A DNA stretch of 63,864 nucleotides, counting the filler, from Octopus bimaculoides (lineage: Eukaryota): the NCBI RefSeq assembly GCF_001194135.2. It is 6 parts of 6 records of this genome, joined end to end, with 100 filler letters (N's around TTAATTAATTAA, not from the genome) between each part and the next. Parts side by side here need not be neighbours in the genome. Positions count along the whole stretch, not along the records: positions 19,864 to 39,937 come from NC_068998.1; positions 40,038 to 53,032 come from NC_069004.1; 4 more parts are not named here. The stretch is one strand, 5' to 3'. Both the position numbers and the translations under genes were made by a program. Below, piece after piece: positions 37,501 to 50,110 of the stretch (position 1 is the stretch's first letter; each line of letters opens with the position of its first letter). Under the pieces are notes generated by a model, which worked only from the letters and a program-made list of their open reading frames with translations, was not told where the DNA came from and ran no database searches.

Positions 37501-40306
37501 TATTACTATGTAATCAATGGATGTTGGAAAACTGATGAAGTACGTTCGACTAATTAAAAATATTATACAGTGAAATAACGAGACAACATGTTATGAAAGT
37601 AAAATGATTAGACGTCCACGCAAAAGTCGTGAGGTTAGGCGAATATATATTAGGAGGAATAACGTAACGCCATTAATAGGAATAAAATTTTTATGCTGAA
37701 TGAGACTGTCTTTAGTAAAAAGTGAAAGTGATGTAAGACTAATCAACCGATTAGGACCAGTTGTTAAAAGCGGCGTAGAAGGAAAAAAAATGGTTCGTAA
37801 AACCCGAAAGATTGGTGGACTATTTGAATGAGGTTTGTAGGAGAGGACGAAAGAAATAAATCAAGATGTAATATTAATAAAGAACGTAATATATCATATA
37901 CATATGATAAATTGCGTCGGCAATACATCTAGATTAAAATATCGAATCTAATACTGAAGGGCAAGGAAATATATTTTTTCTCTGTGTCCGTGTATGTATA
38001 TACACGGACACAAAGATGGGAGAGAGAAGGAAGAGAGAGAGAAGGAAGAGAGAGAGAGGGAGAGAGAAGGAAGAGAGAGGGGAGAGAGAGAAAGGGGGGG
38101 AGAGAGAGGGAGAGAGCGAGAGAGAGGGAAAAGAGGGAGAGAGAAGGAGTAAGGGAGACAGGGTGAGAAAAATGGGAAAGAGAGGGGAGAAAGAGAGTGA
38201 GAGAGAAAGGAGGAGAGAGAGAGAGAGAGAGAGAGAGGGAGAAAAAGAGAGTGAGTGAGATAGGGAAAAGGATAAAAAAGGGAGAAAGAGGGGTAGGGAA
38301 GCAAAGAGGTTAGGGAAGAGACTAACAATGAAAAAAAAATCTGGATGGAGAAAGAGAGAAGTCTCAACACGAGCATTGAACTGGTTCTTTATTTATCGAT
38401 TTCGAAAGAATGGAAGGTAAAGTTACCTTCGGTGGGATTTGATCTCAGAGCGCAGAGAGCCAAAACGACGCTTCATCAGCCAAGAGGAGGTGGAAGCTTC
38501 AAGGAAGTTATTCTTAACCTCATAGGACAAGAACTGGTATCAGCGTGGAATCAAAGAACAAGCAGAAAAGTGGCTTCAGATGGAGCAACACGATGGCCTC
38601 CACTTTGAATGTTATGCTGGTTTTGTTGTTATTTGACGAATAAAGAAAATACATTTCCAAAATATTGCAAAACTTTTGACTCAACACAAGGTTTTATCCG
38701 AATTTCAGACAATTTTGTCAATTCGTTGTCCTGAGTCTTGTATAAATCTAACATGTCAAGAGAATTAGATCGGAGCTTAATGAGATTACCGTTGTGATTA
38801 AGTGACTAAGAGACCAATAGTCTCTTCCGTTTCCCCGAGCAGCACATTAGTCCATCACAGGATTAACCTTCAGTTGCCGCCAGTAATCATTTTAACCTCA
38901 TAACATTGTCCCTTATATTTTCGTTCAGAGATGTCTGGTAAATACATATTTGAATGAAAATATACGTTCACTGTACACTGAGGTATCTGTCACTAATCTC
39001 TAACCCGAAATACTTCGTTCATGATGTTATTGCCGTTTTCTATCATTAAATATCAATAACTATCAGTAACCTCATAATAAATTATAACTGATCCAAAATA
39101 ATTTGTGTACTTATTCTTCATTATATACGGGTTCAAAATAAATAATTAAAGAATATTTTTTTTGCATGAAAATTGAAAAAAAGATGTGTGGTAAGAGGTT
39201 AAGCTGCTTGGACTGGAGGAACATAAAAATAAAGTACATTGTTGTCGGCTCGAGAATCGAACTCATGGTTTATAGAACATTAGCCCAACATCCTAACCAC
39301 TCGGCCACGCGTCTTTCGTGGTGATGCTGATAATATCGGTTAATTAAAGTTATTGTGTTCACCACATTAAATTTGTTAGCACTTGCTTCACTAAGTATTT
39401 TGTTAGCCTGCCACCGCGCTCAGTTCTGTTACACACACTCGTTTAGATTTGCTGCATGTCATCGAACAGCAATTATGTATGGCTGAGATTGTGGTAGCAG
39501 TGGTGGCTGAGATTGTGGTAGCAGTGGTGGCTGCGACGGTGGTTATGGTTGCGGTGGAGTATTGGCCTTCATCTGTTGAATACTACAGAAACCGGAAATA
39601 AGCACAAGCTCTGTGAATCTTTCTGATGTGGAAAGAGGAAGAAAGAGAGAAAAAGAAACAAAAAGAAAAACAGAAGAAGAAAAAAAAAGAAAAAGAAAAC
39701 GAAGTTTAAGTAAGCATATTTGCGATGGTTAAGGTAAGACGTTCCGAGAAATGTTATATATTGACTTTGGAAATTGATTTTTCTTAGCGACATTTATCAT
39801 CCATACAATGGAAGTCGCTCTCATATCTAATAATATTGCTGAAATATATACCGCTATTGATTCGCTTTGGGGTGGATTAATATTCATGTAAAGGGAAGCA
39901 GGGATCGAGTATGTATTAATATAATATTTAATATAAANNNNNNNNNNNNNNNNNNNNNNNNNNNNNNNNNNNNNNNNNNNNTTAATTAATTAANNNNNNN
40001 NNNNNNNNNNNNNNNNNNNNNNNNNNNNNNNNNNNNNGTTTTAGGGATTCACACACACACACAGACAGACAGACAGACAGACACACATTCTCATGTTTAT
40101 ATATATAGATATATAAATAATATATGAGTATATGTATATATACGTACATGTATGTACATACCTACATCTACATTTAAATATAGATGCATATCTGGGTACA
40201 GGACGTTGCAAAAAACGTGGACAAAATTATAAACAGAGCACAGAAAACACACAGGCCACATAGGAGAACATTTCCTTCATCAGCTGCCACTATTCTAAAA
40301 CTAAGC

Positions 40307-40339
<33 letters not shown>

Positions 40340-40343
<4 letters not shown>

Positions 40344-40915
40344 GTCATCCCATAAATAATACAGTTTTTTCAACTGTATGTATTGAAAGTTGGAGGGCGA
40401 CGGGATAAACTACCTGCATCAACTTGCTATAAAAGCAGGTAGTAATTTTCTCTTATTCTTAGTGCAAGTTTTGAAGAGTGCAGTTTGATTTAAACAGTTA
40501 TTTTTTTCAAAGCTATAATGGAAGGGACAAAAGAGCACATTCGGCATATTTTGCTTTATGAGTTCAATAAAGGCAACAATGCAATGAAAAGTGTGAGGAA
40601 TATTAATGCAGGATATGGTGAATCAGACAATAAGCATAAACCAGTATCAACGGTGGTTCCAGAAATTCCGAGCCGGAAACTACAGCCTAGAAGATGAGCC
40701 TTGTCTTGGAAGATCTGTAGATCTGATCGAGGATGTCCTGCAAAACCTGGCTGAATAAAATCCCATCATAACTGTTGAGAAACTAGCTTCAGTTTGGTCG
40801 TTCAATCATTCATTAACACCTGCGTTCCATCAGAAAAGTCAGCAAATTGAGTCAGTGGGTCCCTCACAGACTTTCCGAGTCTAATCGCGCGCAGAAAGTG
40901 AATGTGTTCTCTTCT
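40340..40915 (+). mobile_element. mariner transposon 5' half (second subfamily), pseudogenised
   Basis: TIR TA|TTGGGTCATCCCATAAAT; ATG at 40518 gives MEGTKEHIRHILLYEFNKGNNA...QRWFQKFRAGNYSLEDEP...QWVPHRLSE, with frameshifts and a stop. Confidence 0.85.
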
Positions 40916-41320
40916 TTAGTCTCTTCCTTTTCCTTCTCGTCCTCCTTTCTCCTCCTTATCCTTTTCCTTCATCTCGTCTTGTTGTTGTTGTTGTTGTTGG
41001 TGTTCTTCTAATTTTATGATTTTCATAACAATTGATATTACCGTACCCCAGTACATGACTGGTATTTCCTTTTGATGATGGTAATGAGATTGATGATGAG
41101 GACGACGACGACGTGTTCCATGTGCCTTCTTCTTCTCCTTCTTCTTCACCCTCCCCCGAATAGTTATTTCTATGTCGGTCGAAATCCACGGAGTAAAGAA
41201 ACACATTAGCAACAACAACAACAACAGCATTTACAACAACAACAACAACAATATCGAAATCATCACAATCATCATCATCCTCACCACCACCACCACCACA
41301 ACCACCATCATCACCGCCGC

Positions 41321-41364
<44 letters not shown>

Positions 41365-41816
41365 CAGTCATATTAATAATAACAATAATAATAATAATAA
41401 AAATAAACCTCACAGAAAATGTAAATATATACAAAAAAAAACACCAGAAAAATATGGAAACAAATGCACCGCCGCCTTCACCCCCACCACTATCCATTAA
41501 AAAAAACAAAAACAAATCAAAAATGCAAAATGAAAAAAAGAAAAAAAAGCGAACTAAAATCATGAAAAAAAAAACATACTAAAAGAGATGTTATTTCGTT
41601 CATTTTCATATTTTCCACTCCCCCCCCACCCGCCAACCACCTCGCCCTTTCCCCTTCCGGATAAAACGATGTTTTACTAAATCCGATTCTATCTCCTATC
41701 TTAGTTGCAGATCTCTACATAAGAAGAGTAAAGGAGGAAAAATTCTTGGAAAAGAAGAAAAACAGAAAGAAAAAAAGAAAAAAAAGACAATGAAACGAAA
41801 GAAAAATTCTTAGGTC

Positions 41817-41869
<53 letters not shown>

Positions 41870-41871
41870 TG

Positions 41872-41908
<37 letters not shown>

Positions 41909-41909
41909 C

Positions 41910-41950
<41 letters not shown>

Positions 41951-42229
41951 CATCATTATTATTATTATTATCATTATTATTATTATTATTATTATCGTTA
42001 TTATTATTATCATTATTACTATTATTATCAATATCATTATTATTATCAATATTCTTCTTATTGTTATTATTATTGTTGTTGTTATTATTATTATTATTAT
42101 TATTTTAATTTTTTTTTTTATCGTAGTTCGTTCCCCAAAAAACGGAGCCCTCACCAAATGATACAAACCTATAACATCATCTTCATCACCATCATCATCA
42201 TAAACAACAATTACTGTAACAGTTTTTCA

Positions 42230-42635
42230 ATTTTTGGAATGAGGCCCAGTAGTTTTGAGGGGAGGTGGGGGAGTCGATTACATCGACCCCCCCCCCCCAC
42301 GTCAAATGCTAAACTGGTATCTTATTTTATCGATCCGGAAAGGATTTAAAGGCAAAGTCGACCTCGGCAGAAATTGAACTCAAGACGTAAAGACAGACGA
42401 AATACTGCTAAGCATTTTGTCTGGCGTGCTAACGCTTCTACTCCAGGCACAAGGCCCGAAATGTTTGGGGAAGTGGGGCAGTCGATTAGATCGACTCAAG
42501 TACACAATTGGTACTTAATTTATCGAACCTGAAAGGATGAAAGACAAAGTCGACCTCGACGGAATTTGAACTCAGAACGTAAAGACAGACGACATACCGC
42601 TAAACATTTTCCCCGGTGTGCTAACGTTTCGGCCA
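42230..42635 (-). mobile_element. two tandem SINE family A copies
   Basis: Two successive blocks of AAAGTCGACCTCG.C.GAA.TTGAACTCA.AACGTAAAGACAGACG. Confidence 0.8.
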
Positions 42636-42654
42636 GCCCGCCGCCTTCACAAAC

Positions 42655-42903
42655 GAGAATATTAAAGAATGAACCCGACCGCCCTCAAAAATTAAGTAAA
42701 AAAAAAGCAGGGAAAATAATCCAGAACGCTTGCACAGTACCGGGTCGATCCCAAAATCTAATCAGTTCGTGCCAGTTACGAGGCCAAATACGCCTGAAAG
42801 TTTCATCCGAATCCATCCAGTGGTTCTTGAGATATCTTGTCCACAAACATACAAACAAACACAACTGAAAACAATACCTCTGCCTTTGCTAAGGCAGAGG
42901 TAA
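42655..42903 (+). mobile_element. Helentron-type non-autonomous element, 3' end with terminal stem-loop
   Basis: ...CAAACATACAAACAAACAC...AACAATACCTCTGCCT-ttgcta-AGGCAGAGGTAA: 10-bp hairpin preceded by CAAA repeats. Confidence 0.55.
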
Positions 42904-42942
42904 CAATAGCAACAAAATTATTTGTTTTTAGTATGGTTACAG

Positions 42943-42986
<44 letters not shown>

Positions 42987-43187
42987 TGCAGCAGCAGCAG
43001 TAGTAGTGGCAGCAGCAGCAGTAGCAGTAGTAGTAGTAGTAGTATGGAATGGACTATACCAGTGCGTCGCTGAATCCACCATTTGATGACGCCTTTGCAC
43101 CCCTCAGGCTACAGCCCTCCAACCGTGGGTCTGTTTTGGTTAGTCGTTGCTGATGAGGGTTTTATAAGGGTGGAGGGCAAATCCTAC

Positions 43188-43267
43188 CTCAACATTTTTA
43201 GTCGTCATTTGCGAGATGTAGGGGAAACCTTGGGTCAATCCTTTGACATACCGGTCCTCACTCAGCA
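43188..43267 (-). CDS. candidate exon, unknown protein (xLSEDRYVKGLTQGFPYISQMTTKNVE)
   Basis: Very strong acceptor ttttttttttatctcatcctgtttttctag, donor AG|GTAGGA, 80 nt, phase 1-0, single open frame, GC-rich non-repetitive island. Confidence 0.4.
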
Positions 43268-44247
43268 CTAGAAAAACAGGATGAGATAAAAAAAAAAATG
43301 CATATCATACGATTTGATACGATCCTCCTGATAAAACAGGACTTAGATACCTTGGACCAATCAAAATTAGGGATCCGGGATCACACTGACTGCTAAGGGC
43401 CAATACTCTCTCGACAAATGTTATTTGATCTATAGATGTATGCAGTTTCTAGAGAAGTGGTTCTCAAGTTTCTTAATATCCAGGCCAGATCGAAAACCTG
43501 TATTTTTTAAAGGGGCCGCACTCAAAAAAAGTCAATTAAAGAAAAAATTATCATATTTATAAAAGGAAAACCGTCGAGGGTCGCTTGTGTTTGTGGGGAT
43601 ACTTGAAGGTTGCATGCGGCACTGGGAGCCAAGGTTGAGACATTTATTTTTGCCCTTTTTTGTCACAACCTAGAGACATGCCTTTTTTGTCACAATCGCC
43701 CACCTTTTCATAAATGTAGGGGCGGAGAGCATTTCCCTTTCCACCCCCCCACTTTCCTTTCCGAATGGAATTTGGAAATGTCGATGAGGGCTTCACTGAA
43801 GAGCAAAATGTCCGTTTTAGGTCCCTTCGGCCACTTTCACCACACTGCCTCTTTCGCCATGGCCACCAGACAGAGGACAACTGCGTGCCCTTACCGGTCA
43901 AAGGAGGGNNNNNNNNNNAAGGAGGGAGACAAGGAAGTCTTCACTATCATCACTTCCACCACCACCACCCCTGCCGCCGCCGCGGCCTTGGCCACCGCCA
44001 TCATCATCACCATCACCATCACCATCATCAGCTCGCCATTACGATCGCTATCAACACCGCCGCCACCACCATCACAGCCAATGTTTCTCTGCAGCAACAA
44101 CCACAACAACAACAGTTACTATAAACCTTGTACTAGCAACAACAACAACAACAACAACAGCAATTTCTGCCGTAATAATAACGTGTTAAAAACAACAAAA
44201 CAAAAAAGCAGAGTTAGAAACCCCTTCCCGTTCCTATGACTACCGGT

Positions 44248-44282
<35 letters not shown>

Positions 44283-44824
44283 CAGGGAAAACAGTACAGC
44301 AACGAAAAGAAACCTACGCCATCATAACCCTTAGCCAAGATAATAAAAATAACATAAACTATAATAACAACAACAACACTAACAACAACAATAACAACAT
44401 CATGAACATCAACAAAAATAGTATGGAGAAGGACAACAACAATGACAACACAACCATGATGACAACGAAAATAACAAACAAACAAAAACGATGACAATAA
44501 CAGTTATGACAAAAAAAAGAATGAAAATAACATAAATACGACCAACAGTATCGATGTTAAACAACAACTGCAACAACATCGGCAAACAACAACAAATGCG
44601 AAAAAAAAACAACAATAATATAAAGAATGACTATAGTAAGAATTACAAAAACAAGAACTGGAACTAGAAAAAAATAATAGTAAATAAAAACGCAAAAACA
44701 AAGCAATACAAACAATTACAATCGAAAAAAAGGCGAGAGAAAAAATTTGAATAAAAAAAAAATCCCCAAACGGAGACGAAACCAGTTGTGAGTGTATCGG
44801 GGGTTTATCTCCCTTGATCTCAAC

Positions 44825-44890
44825 CCTGTCGGCTGTTGGTAATTTTTCTTTGAAGTACAAGTAATCATATTTAACAGTGTATTTGTACAG
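44825..44890 (-). CDS. candidate exon (LYKYTVKYDYLYFKEKLPTADR)
   Basis: Acceptor aacttctatccag, weak donor GTTGAG, phase 0-0. Confidence 0.2.
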
Positions 44891-45189
44891 CTGGATAGAA
44901 GTTACACGTGTCATAGTCAACGTTGATGGAGTTGATTGTTATAACTTGCAATAACAACAGTGTTTGAACTGGCTATAGATGTTCAATACAGATAAATCTG
45001 CAGATGATCAGAGATAGATATAATGTGTCGATATCGAAATAGCATTGACCTAGTGATTTTGATATTGTAGTAGATAGAAAAAGACAGACGTTATAAATGT
45101 CGAATGAATGGTTAGACAGTGTGTGTAAGATGTCGATTCGATAGGGAGACAAATAGTTGTGGTGTTAACTCGATACGTACACTGATAGC

Positions 45190-45520
45190 TGGGTGTAATA
45201 TTTACTGAATAGATAGAGACACTGTGTACATGTAGACTGGATAGTCACAATGTGTAGATGTTGACTGGATAGGCAGACAGTGTGTAGATATAGACACGGT
45301 GGGTAGATGTTGACTGGATAGACACAGTGTGTATTGACTGGATGGATTGACAGTGTGTAGATATAGACAGGATAGATAGAGTGAGTAGATATTGACTGGA
45401 TAGACACGGTGCATTTATGTTGACTGGATAAATAAACACTAGATAGGCACAGTGTGTAGATGTTGACTGGATAGACACAGTGTGTAGATGTTGATTGGAC
45501 AGAGAGACAGGGTGGCTGAC
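45190..45520. repeat. degenerate ~28-bp minisatellite (GTTGACTGGATAGACACAGTGTGTAGAT)
   Basis: Roughly 10 imperfect copies seen directly. Confidence 0.85.
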
Positions 45521-45606
45521 TTGATAGAAAGATAAACATAATACATACATGTTCAGGGGATATGTGTGTGTGTGTGTGATTGTGTGAAGGTCGGCCCTAG
45601 GGTTAC

Positions 45607-45709
45607 TGGCGCCCAGGTAAAGCTGAACTTCGGCGTGTACAAGCTGACAGTCGCAGAAATTTCCTTGTCTTTGTTACACCCTCCTTGGCACCTCATAGCG
45701 CATGACAAC
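45607..45709 (-). CDS. candidate exon (xLSCAMRCQGGCNKDKEISATVSLYTPKFSFTWAP)
   Basis: Acceptor ttttcgtcgtccag, donor GTAACC, 103 nt, phase 2-0, GC-rich island; the + strand is also open. Confidence 0.25.
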
Positions 45710-46189
45710 CTGGACGACGAAAATTTTTTTCCTCATTTGCATACAGCCAGTCAAAGCTCAAACTAATTTATGAGCGCATAAAAAGTGATGGCCGATAAGA
45801 TATGGTCACTTGGGTGAGGAATGACCATGCTTCTTTTCTCTTTTAAGAATGCTTGTTGTTCTTGTTCTTGTTTCAACCATGGCTGCCTCTGCGTAGTTAT
45901 TTGTGTTGTTGTTCTTTACTTTGTAAAACAGTAAGAGGAGAAGGCTGCTAGCACATCACCCTCTGCCCACATAAATAATACAGAATGGGACAAGAACGCA
46001 AACTATCCAGACAGTTAGGTGATACAAGAAAGGGACACAACATACAAATAGACGATACAAAGAAAACACGGACATGTGATTCGGAGTTTTCTTTCCTCAG
46101 TCGAGATCCGGATTATCCTTGCAATTTCGGCTGGTTATTCTCGATATTGCTCCAATCTGGCCAATATATAAATATATATATATATTTCA

Positions 46190-46325
46190 AATTCCGTCGA
46201 GGTCGACTTTGCCTTTCATCCTTTCGGGGACGATAAATTAAGTACCAGTTGCGTACTGGGGTCGATCTAATCGACTGGGCCCCTTCCTCCAAAATTTCGA
46301 GCTTTGTGTCTAGAGTAGAAAAGAA
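46190..46325 (+). mobile_element. SINE family A, 3' part, CpG-intact
   Basis: TTCAAATTCCGTCGAGGTCGACTTTGCCTTTCATCCTTTCGGGGACGATAAATTAAGTACCAGTTGCGTACTGGGGTCGATC. Confidence 0.85.
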
Positions 46326-46401
46326 TATTTATTTTTGCTTGCAATAGCCAGTTCTTTTTGTCAAACTATCGTATCTCCAGCTGCTTCAGATGCCAAGATA
46401 C

Positions 46402-46465
46402 CAAAAATTGCCAAAGTGAAGTACAACGGCTTTACTATGGAATGGTGGAACTATTTTTTCGTTTT
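46402..46465 (-). CDS. candidate exon (xNEKIVPPFHSKAVVLHFGNFx)
   Basis: Acceptor gttgcttttcag, donor GTATCT, 64 nt, phase 1-2; joins 45709 in frame (TG+G=Trp). Confidence 0.25.
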
Positions 46466-46665
46466 CTGAAAAGCAACGTTTTCGACTATCGACACTTTAT
46501 AATAGCATCGATATATATATATATATATATANNNNNNNNNNNNNNNNNNNNNNNNNNNNNNNNNNNNNNNNNNNNNNNNNNNNNNNNNNNNNNNNNNNNN
46601 NNNNNNNNNNNNNNNNNNNNNNNNNNNNNNNNNNNNNNNNNNNNNNNNNNNNNNNNNNNNNNNNN

Positions 46666-46910
46666 NCCGTCCGCCACTACATTCCTCCATGGAACAAATT
46701 TAATTTGTGTCCGTGGGAAGAGCCATTTTAACGATGCGTCCTGCCCCAACTCTTCGAAACGCCAGTGTTATAATGATGACAGCTGATGTAGGAAATGTTC
46801 TCTATGTGGCCTGTGTGTTTTCTGTACCCTGTTTATCATTTTGTCCATGTTTTTTTTTGCAACGTCATGTACCCAGATATGCATCTATATATACATGTAG
46901 ATGAAGGTAT
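46666..46910 (+). mobile_element. unclassified dispersed repeat; inverted copies at ~40160-40300 and ~50735-50880
   Basis: Shared CAGCTGATG.AGGAAATGTTCTCTATGTGGCCTGTGTGTTTTCTGT...GCAACGTC.TGTACCCAGATATGCATCTAT. Confidence 0.75.
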
Positions 46911-49900
46911 GTACATACATGTACATATATATGCATATACTCATATATTATTTGTATATATATATATATAAGAAGGGTGGTTTGTTCGCAATTTTCCAAC
47001 CGAAAGGCAGAAATGTATAAGTCAGTAAAGCGACTGAGAGCACTAGTCAGCACCAGTATTGCTAGAAATAAGAGTTAAAGCAACTCATGGTCACAATTAG
47101 CATTTCATCTTAATGTCAGCCAAGGGAGGCAAGCTAGGCTATTACCACCACAACCACCACCTCTACGACTACCTCGACAACTAACTGCATCAACACCACT
47201 GTCACAAAAGCGGTGGCAATGACGACCATCACCACCACCACCACTAGCACATCAATACCACAACCAGCACCACCGCCAAAGTCGCTGCCGACGCTGTCGA
47301 CGGCACTACCATCACCACTACAACCACCACCATCACAATAAGAACAAAATTATCTCCCCCTCTCTCTTCTATACCTCTAATCCCACTATAGTGTCATTAG
47401 GTGTAAGACATTCCGACTTAAATTGTATGAAGCAGACGATACAGCTTCCATTACTATACCTCACTCTCACTCCCTAACAACACCCTCCCTATCTTCCTCT
47501 CCTTCTTCTGCACTTACTCTCGTACTACACCTTCTGTGCCTTCTCCCTCTTCGCCTCCCGCTCCGGTACTAAACCTTCCGTGTCTTCCTCTCCTGCACTC
47601 ACACCCGTACTACATACCTCCAGTGCCTTTCTCTCCTCCTTCTCCTCCCACTCCCGTACTATACCTTCCCTATCTTCCTCTCCTCCTACTCCCATCTTTC
47701 CTTGTCTCCGACTCTCTTAATCAATCATGCCGCGTTATCTCCGTGCTTGTCGGCATTTGTGAACACCACCTGACTATCTGGTGCATTTTCTGCAAAGATT
47801 TCTGCAGCACCACTGCACTGGATAAAATTGCAGCTATTGAAAATGGTGTCATAATGCCATGTGTGTGTGTATGTATGTATGTATGTGTGTGAACGTCTAT
47901 GTATGGACGTATATGTACATGTATATATGATTGCATTACGTATGTGTGTTTAATATGTATGTATCTATATATATGTATATATATATATATATTTATATAT
48001 GTGCAATATATATCATATATACACGTATATATACATGCGTACATACGCACTCACACACATATACGCATACGTATTTACACGCACACATAAACATACATAT
48101 ATACATGCAGATAATTGTGCATATACGAAGGATCTTATTGCATCATATGCATATACACCTACACCTATAACTTTACGTACCATAAATATATAGTGTATAT
48201 ATATACATATACATACGCACATATATTCCTATGTGTGTGTATATATGTGTGTGTGTGTAACATATCTTTCTATATATATATCATTCTATATATCTTTATA
48301 TATATANNNNNNNNNNNNNNNNNNNNNNNNNNNNNNNNNNNNNNNNNNNNNNNNNNNNNNNNNNNNNNNNNNNNNNNNNNNNNNNNNNNNNNNNNNNNNN
48401 NNNNNNNNNNNNNNNNNNNNNNNNNNNNNNNNNNNNNNNNNNNNNNNNNNNNNNNNNNNNNNNNNNNNNNNNNNNNNNNNNNNNNNNNNNNNNNNNNNNN
48501 NNNNNNNNNNNNNNNNNNNNNNNNNNNNNNNNNNNNNNNNNNNNNNNNNNNNNNNNNNNNNNNNNNNNNNNNNNNNNNNNNNNNNNNNNNNNNNNNNNNN
48601 NNNNNNNNNNNNNNNNNNNNNNNNNNNNNNNNNNNNNNNNNNNNNNNNNNNNNNNNNNNNNNNNNNNNNNNNNNNNNNNNNNNNNNNNNNNNNNNNNNNN
48701 NNNNNNNNNNNNNNNNNNNNNNNNNNNNNNNNNNNNNNNNNNNNNNNNNNNNNNNNNNNNNNNNNNNNNNNNNNNNNNNNNNNNNNNNNNNNNNNNNNNN
48801 NNNNNNNNNNNNNNNNNNNNNNNNNNNNNNNNNNNNNNNNNNNNNNNNNNNNNNNNNNNNNNNNNNNNNNNNNNNNNNNNNNNNNNNNNNNNNNNNNNNN
48901 NNNNNNNNNNNNNNNNNNNNNNNNNNNNNNNNNNNNNNNNNNNNNNNNNNNNNNNNNNNNNNNNNNNNNNNNNNNNNNNNNNNNNNNNNNNNNNNNNNNN
49001 NNNNNNNNNNNNNNNNNNNNNNNNNNNNNNNNNNNNNNNNNNNNNNNNNNNNNNNNNNNNNNNNNNNNNNNNNNNNNNNNNNNNNNNNNNNNNNNNNNNN
49101 NNNNNNNNNNNNNNNNNNNNNNNNNNNATATATATGTATATATGTATGTATGTATTTATGTATACACGCACAGATATACACAGACACACACACACATATA
49201 TACTTATACATTAATGTATATGTATATATGCATATGTGTGCGCTGTGTATGCTTATTTAAAAGTATGTGTTCACGTACATTTAAATCCACTTGTGCGTGC
49301 ATACACACATACAACTTATATAACACATGTGTACATGTGTGTGTATACATACATACATACATGTGTATATATAGTTTGAGCGTTGAAGGAAATATACTTT
49401 ACATACACACTCATCGCAAACGCACACATATACACGCATAAAAAACACACGCTCACTTTCGTATATAATATACATATTGCATATAATTTATATGTTATAT
49501 GCAATATACAACAATGAATAAATAGGAGATATATAAATAGAGCCTTCGTCGATTGTGATGATGATTATTTCACTTGTTTGATATATTAAACGACTTCCTC
49601 TTAAAATTCAGGGTACTAGCGTTAAACGGTACTGATGGTGAATGTGGGTACTTCAGACACATACCTACCCCTAACACAACTCCTACGCATAAATAGTGTG
49701 ACACACAGTGTATGATAAGAATGTATAATAAATACAATAACAGGTATATATATATTTGGACGGGCTTCAGAACCTTTTCCCAGTTTCTCTCGGTTGTATT
49801 GTCTTTGTTGGGACTGAGGCTATGTTAAAGAAACTTGACCAAGATGCCATTCATTGAAATCGAACTCGTGTCGTCATCCTTGCAAACTGATGGGCTATGT

Positions 49901-49964
49901 CTGCAACCATCACATACACACAAATACATACATATATATATATATATACATATATACGACGGGC

Positions 49965-50110
49965 TTCTTTTAGTTTTCTTTGACCAAATCCACTCACAAG
50001 GCTTTGGTCGGCCCGAGGCTATAGAAGAAGACACTTGCTCAAGATGCCACGCAGTGGGACTGAACCCGGGACCATGTGGTTGGTAAGCAAGCTACTTACC
50101 ACACAGCCAC
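49965..50110 (-). mobile_element. tRNA-head SINE family B (near-identical copy at 62040-62160)
   Basis: Reverse complement GAGTGGCTGTGTGGTAAGTAGCTTGCTTACCAACCACATGGTCCCGGGTTCAGTCCCACTGCGTGGCATCTTG. Confidence 0.8.

Noticed and set aside
39245-39320. tRNA-like sequence (also 26450-26525)
   Set aside because: A/B boxes are present but no complete cloverleaf is evident; consistent with SINE heads, not functional tRNA genes
45190-45520. Repeat array as a CRISPR
   Set aside because: Contiguous degenerate units without unique spacers, in a eukaryotic context with no cas genes
45720-45800. + strand FAYSQSKL resembling the SDR YxxSK motif
   Set aside because: Needs a frameshift, has no other SDR motifs nearby and ends in a stop
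46770-46830. CTGATGA-like start in the three-copy repeat as a hammerhead
   Set aside because: No paired stem II or GAAA downstream; the upstream GAAAC is followed by GCC, which lacks the required U
47376-47404. CACTATAGTGTCA/TTAGGTG resembling an SP6 promoter (vector contamination)
   Set aside because: Only a partial, rearranged match with no adjacent vector sequence; chance
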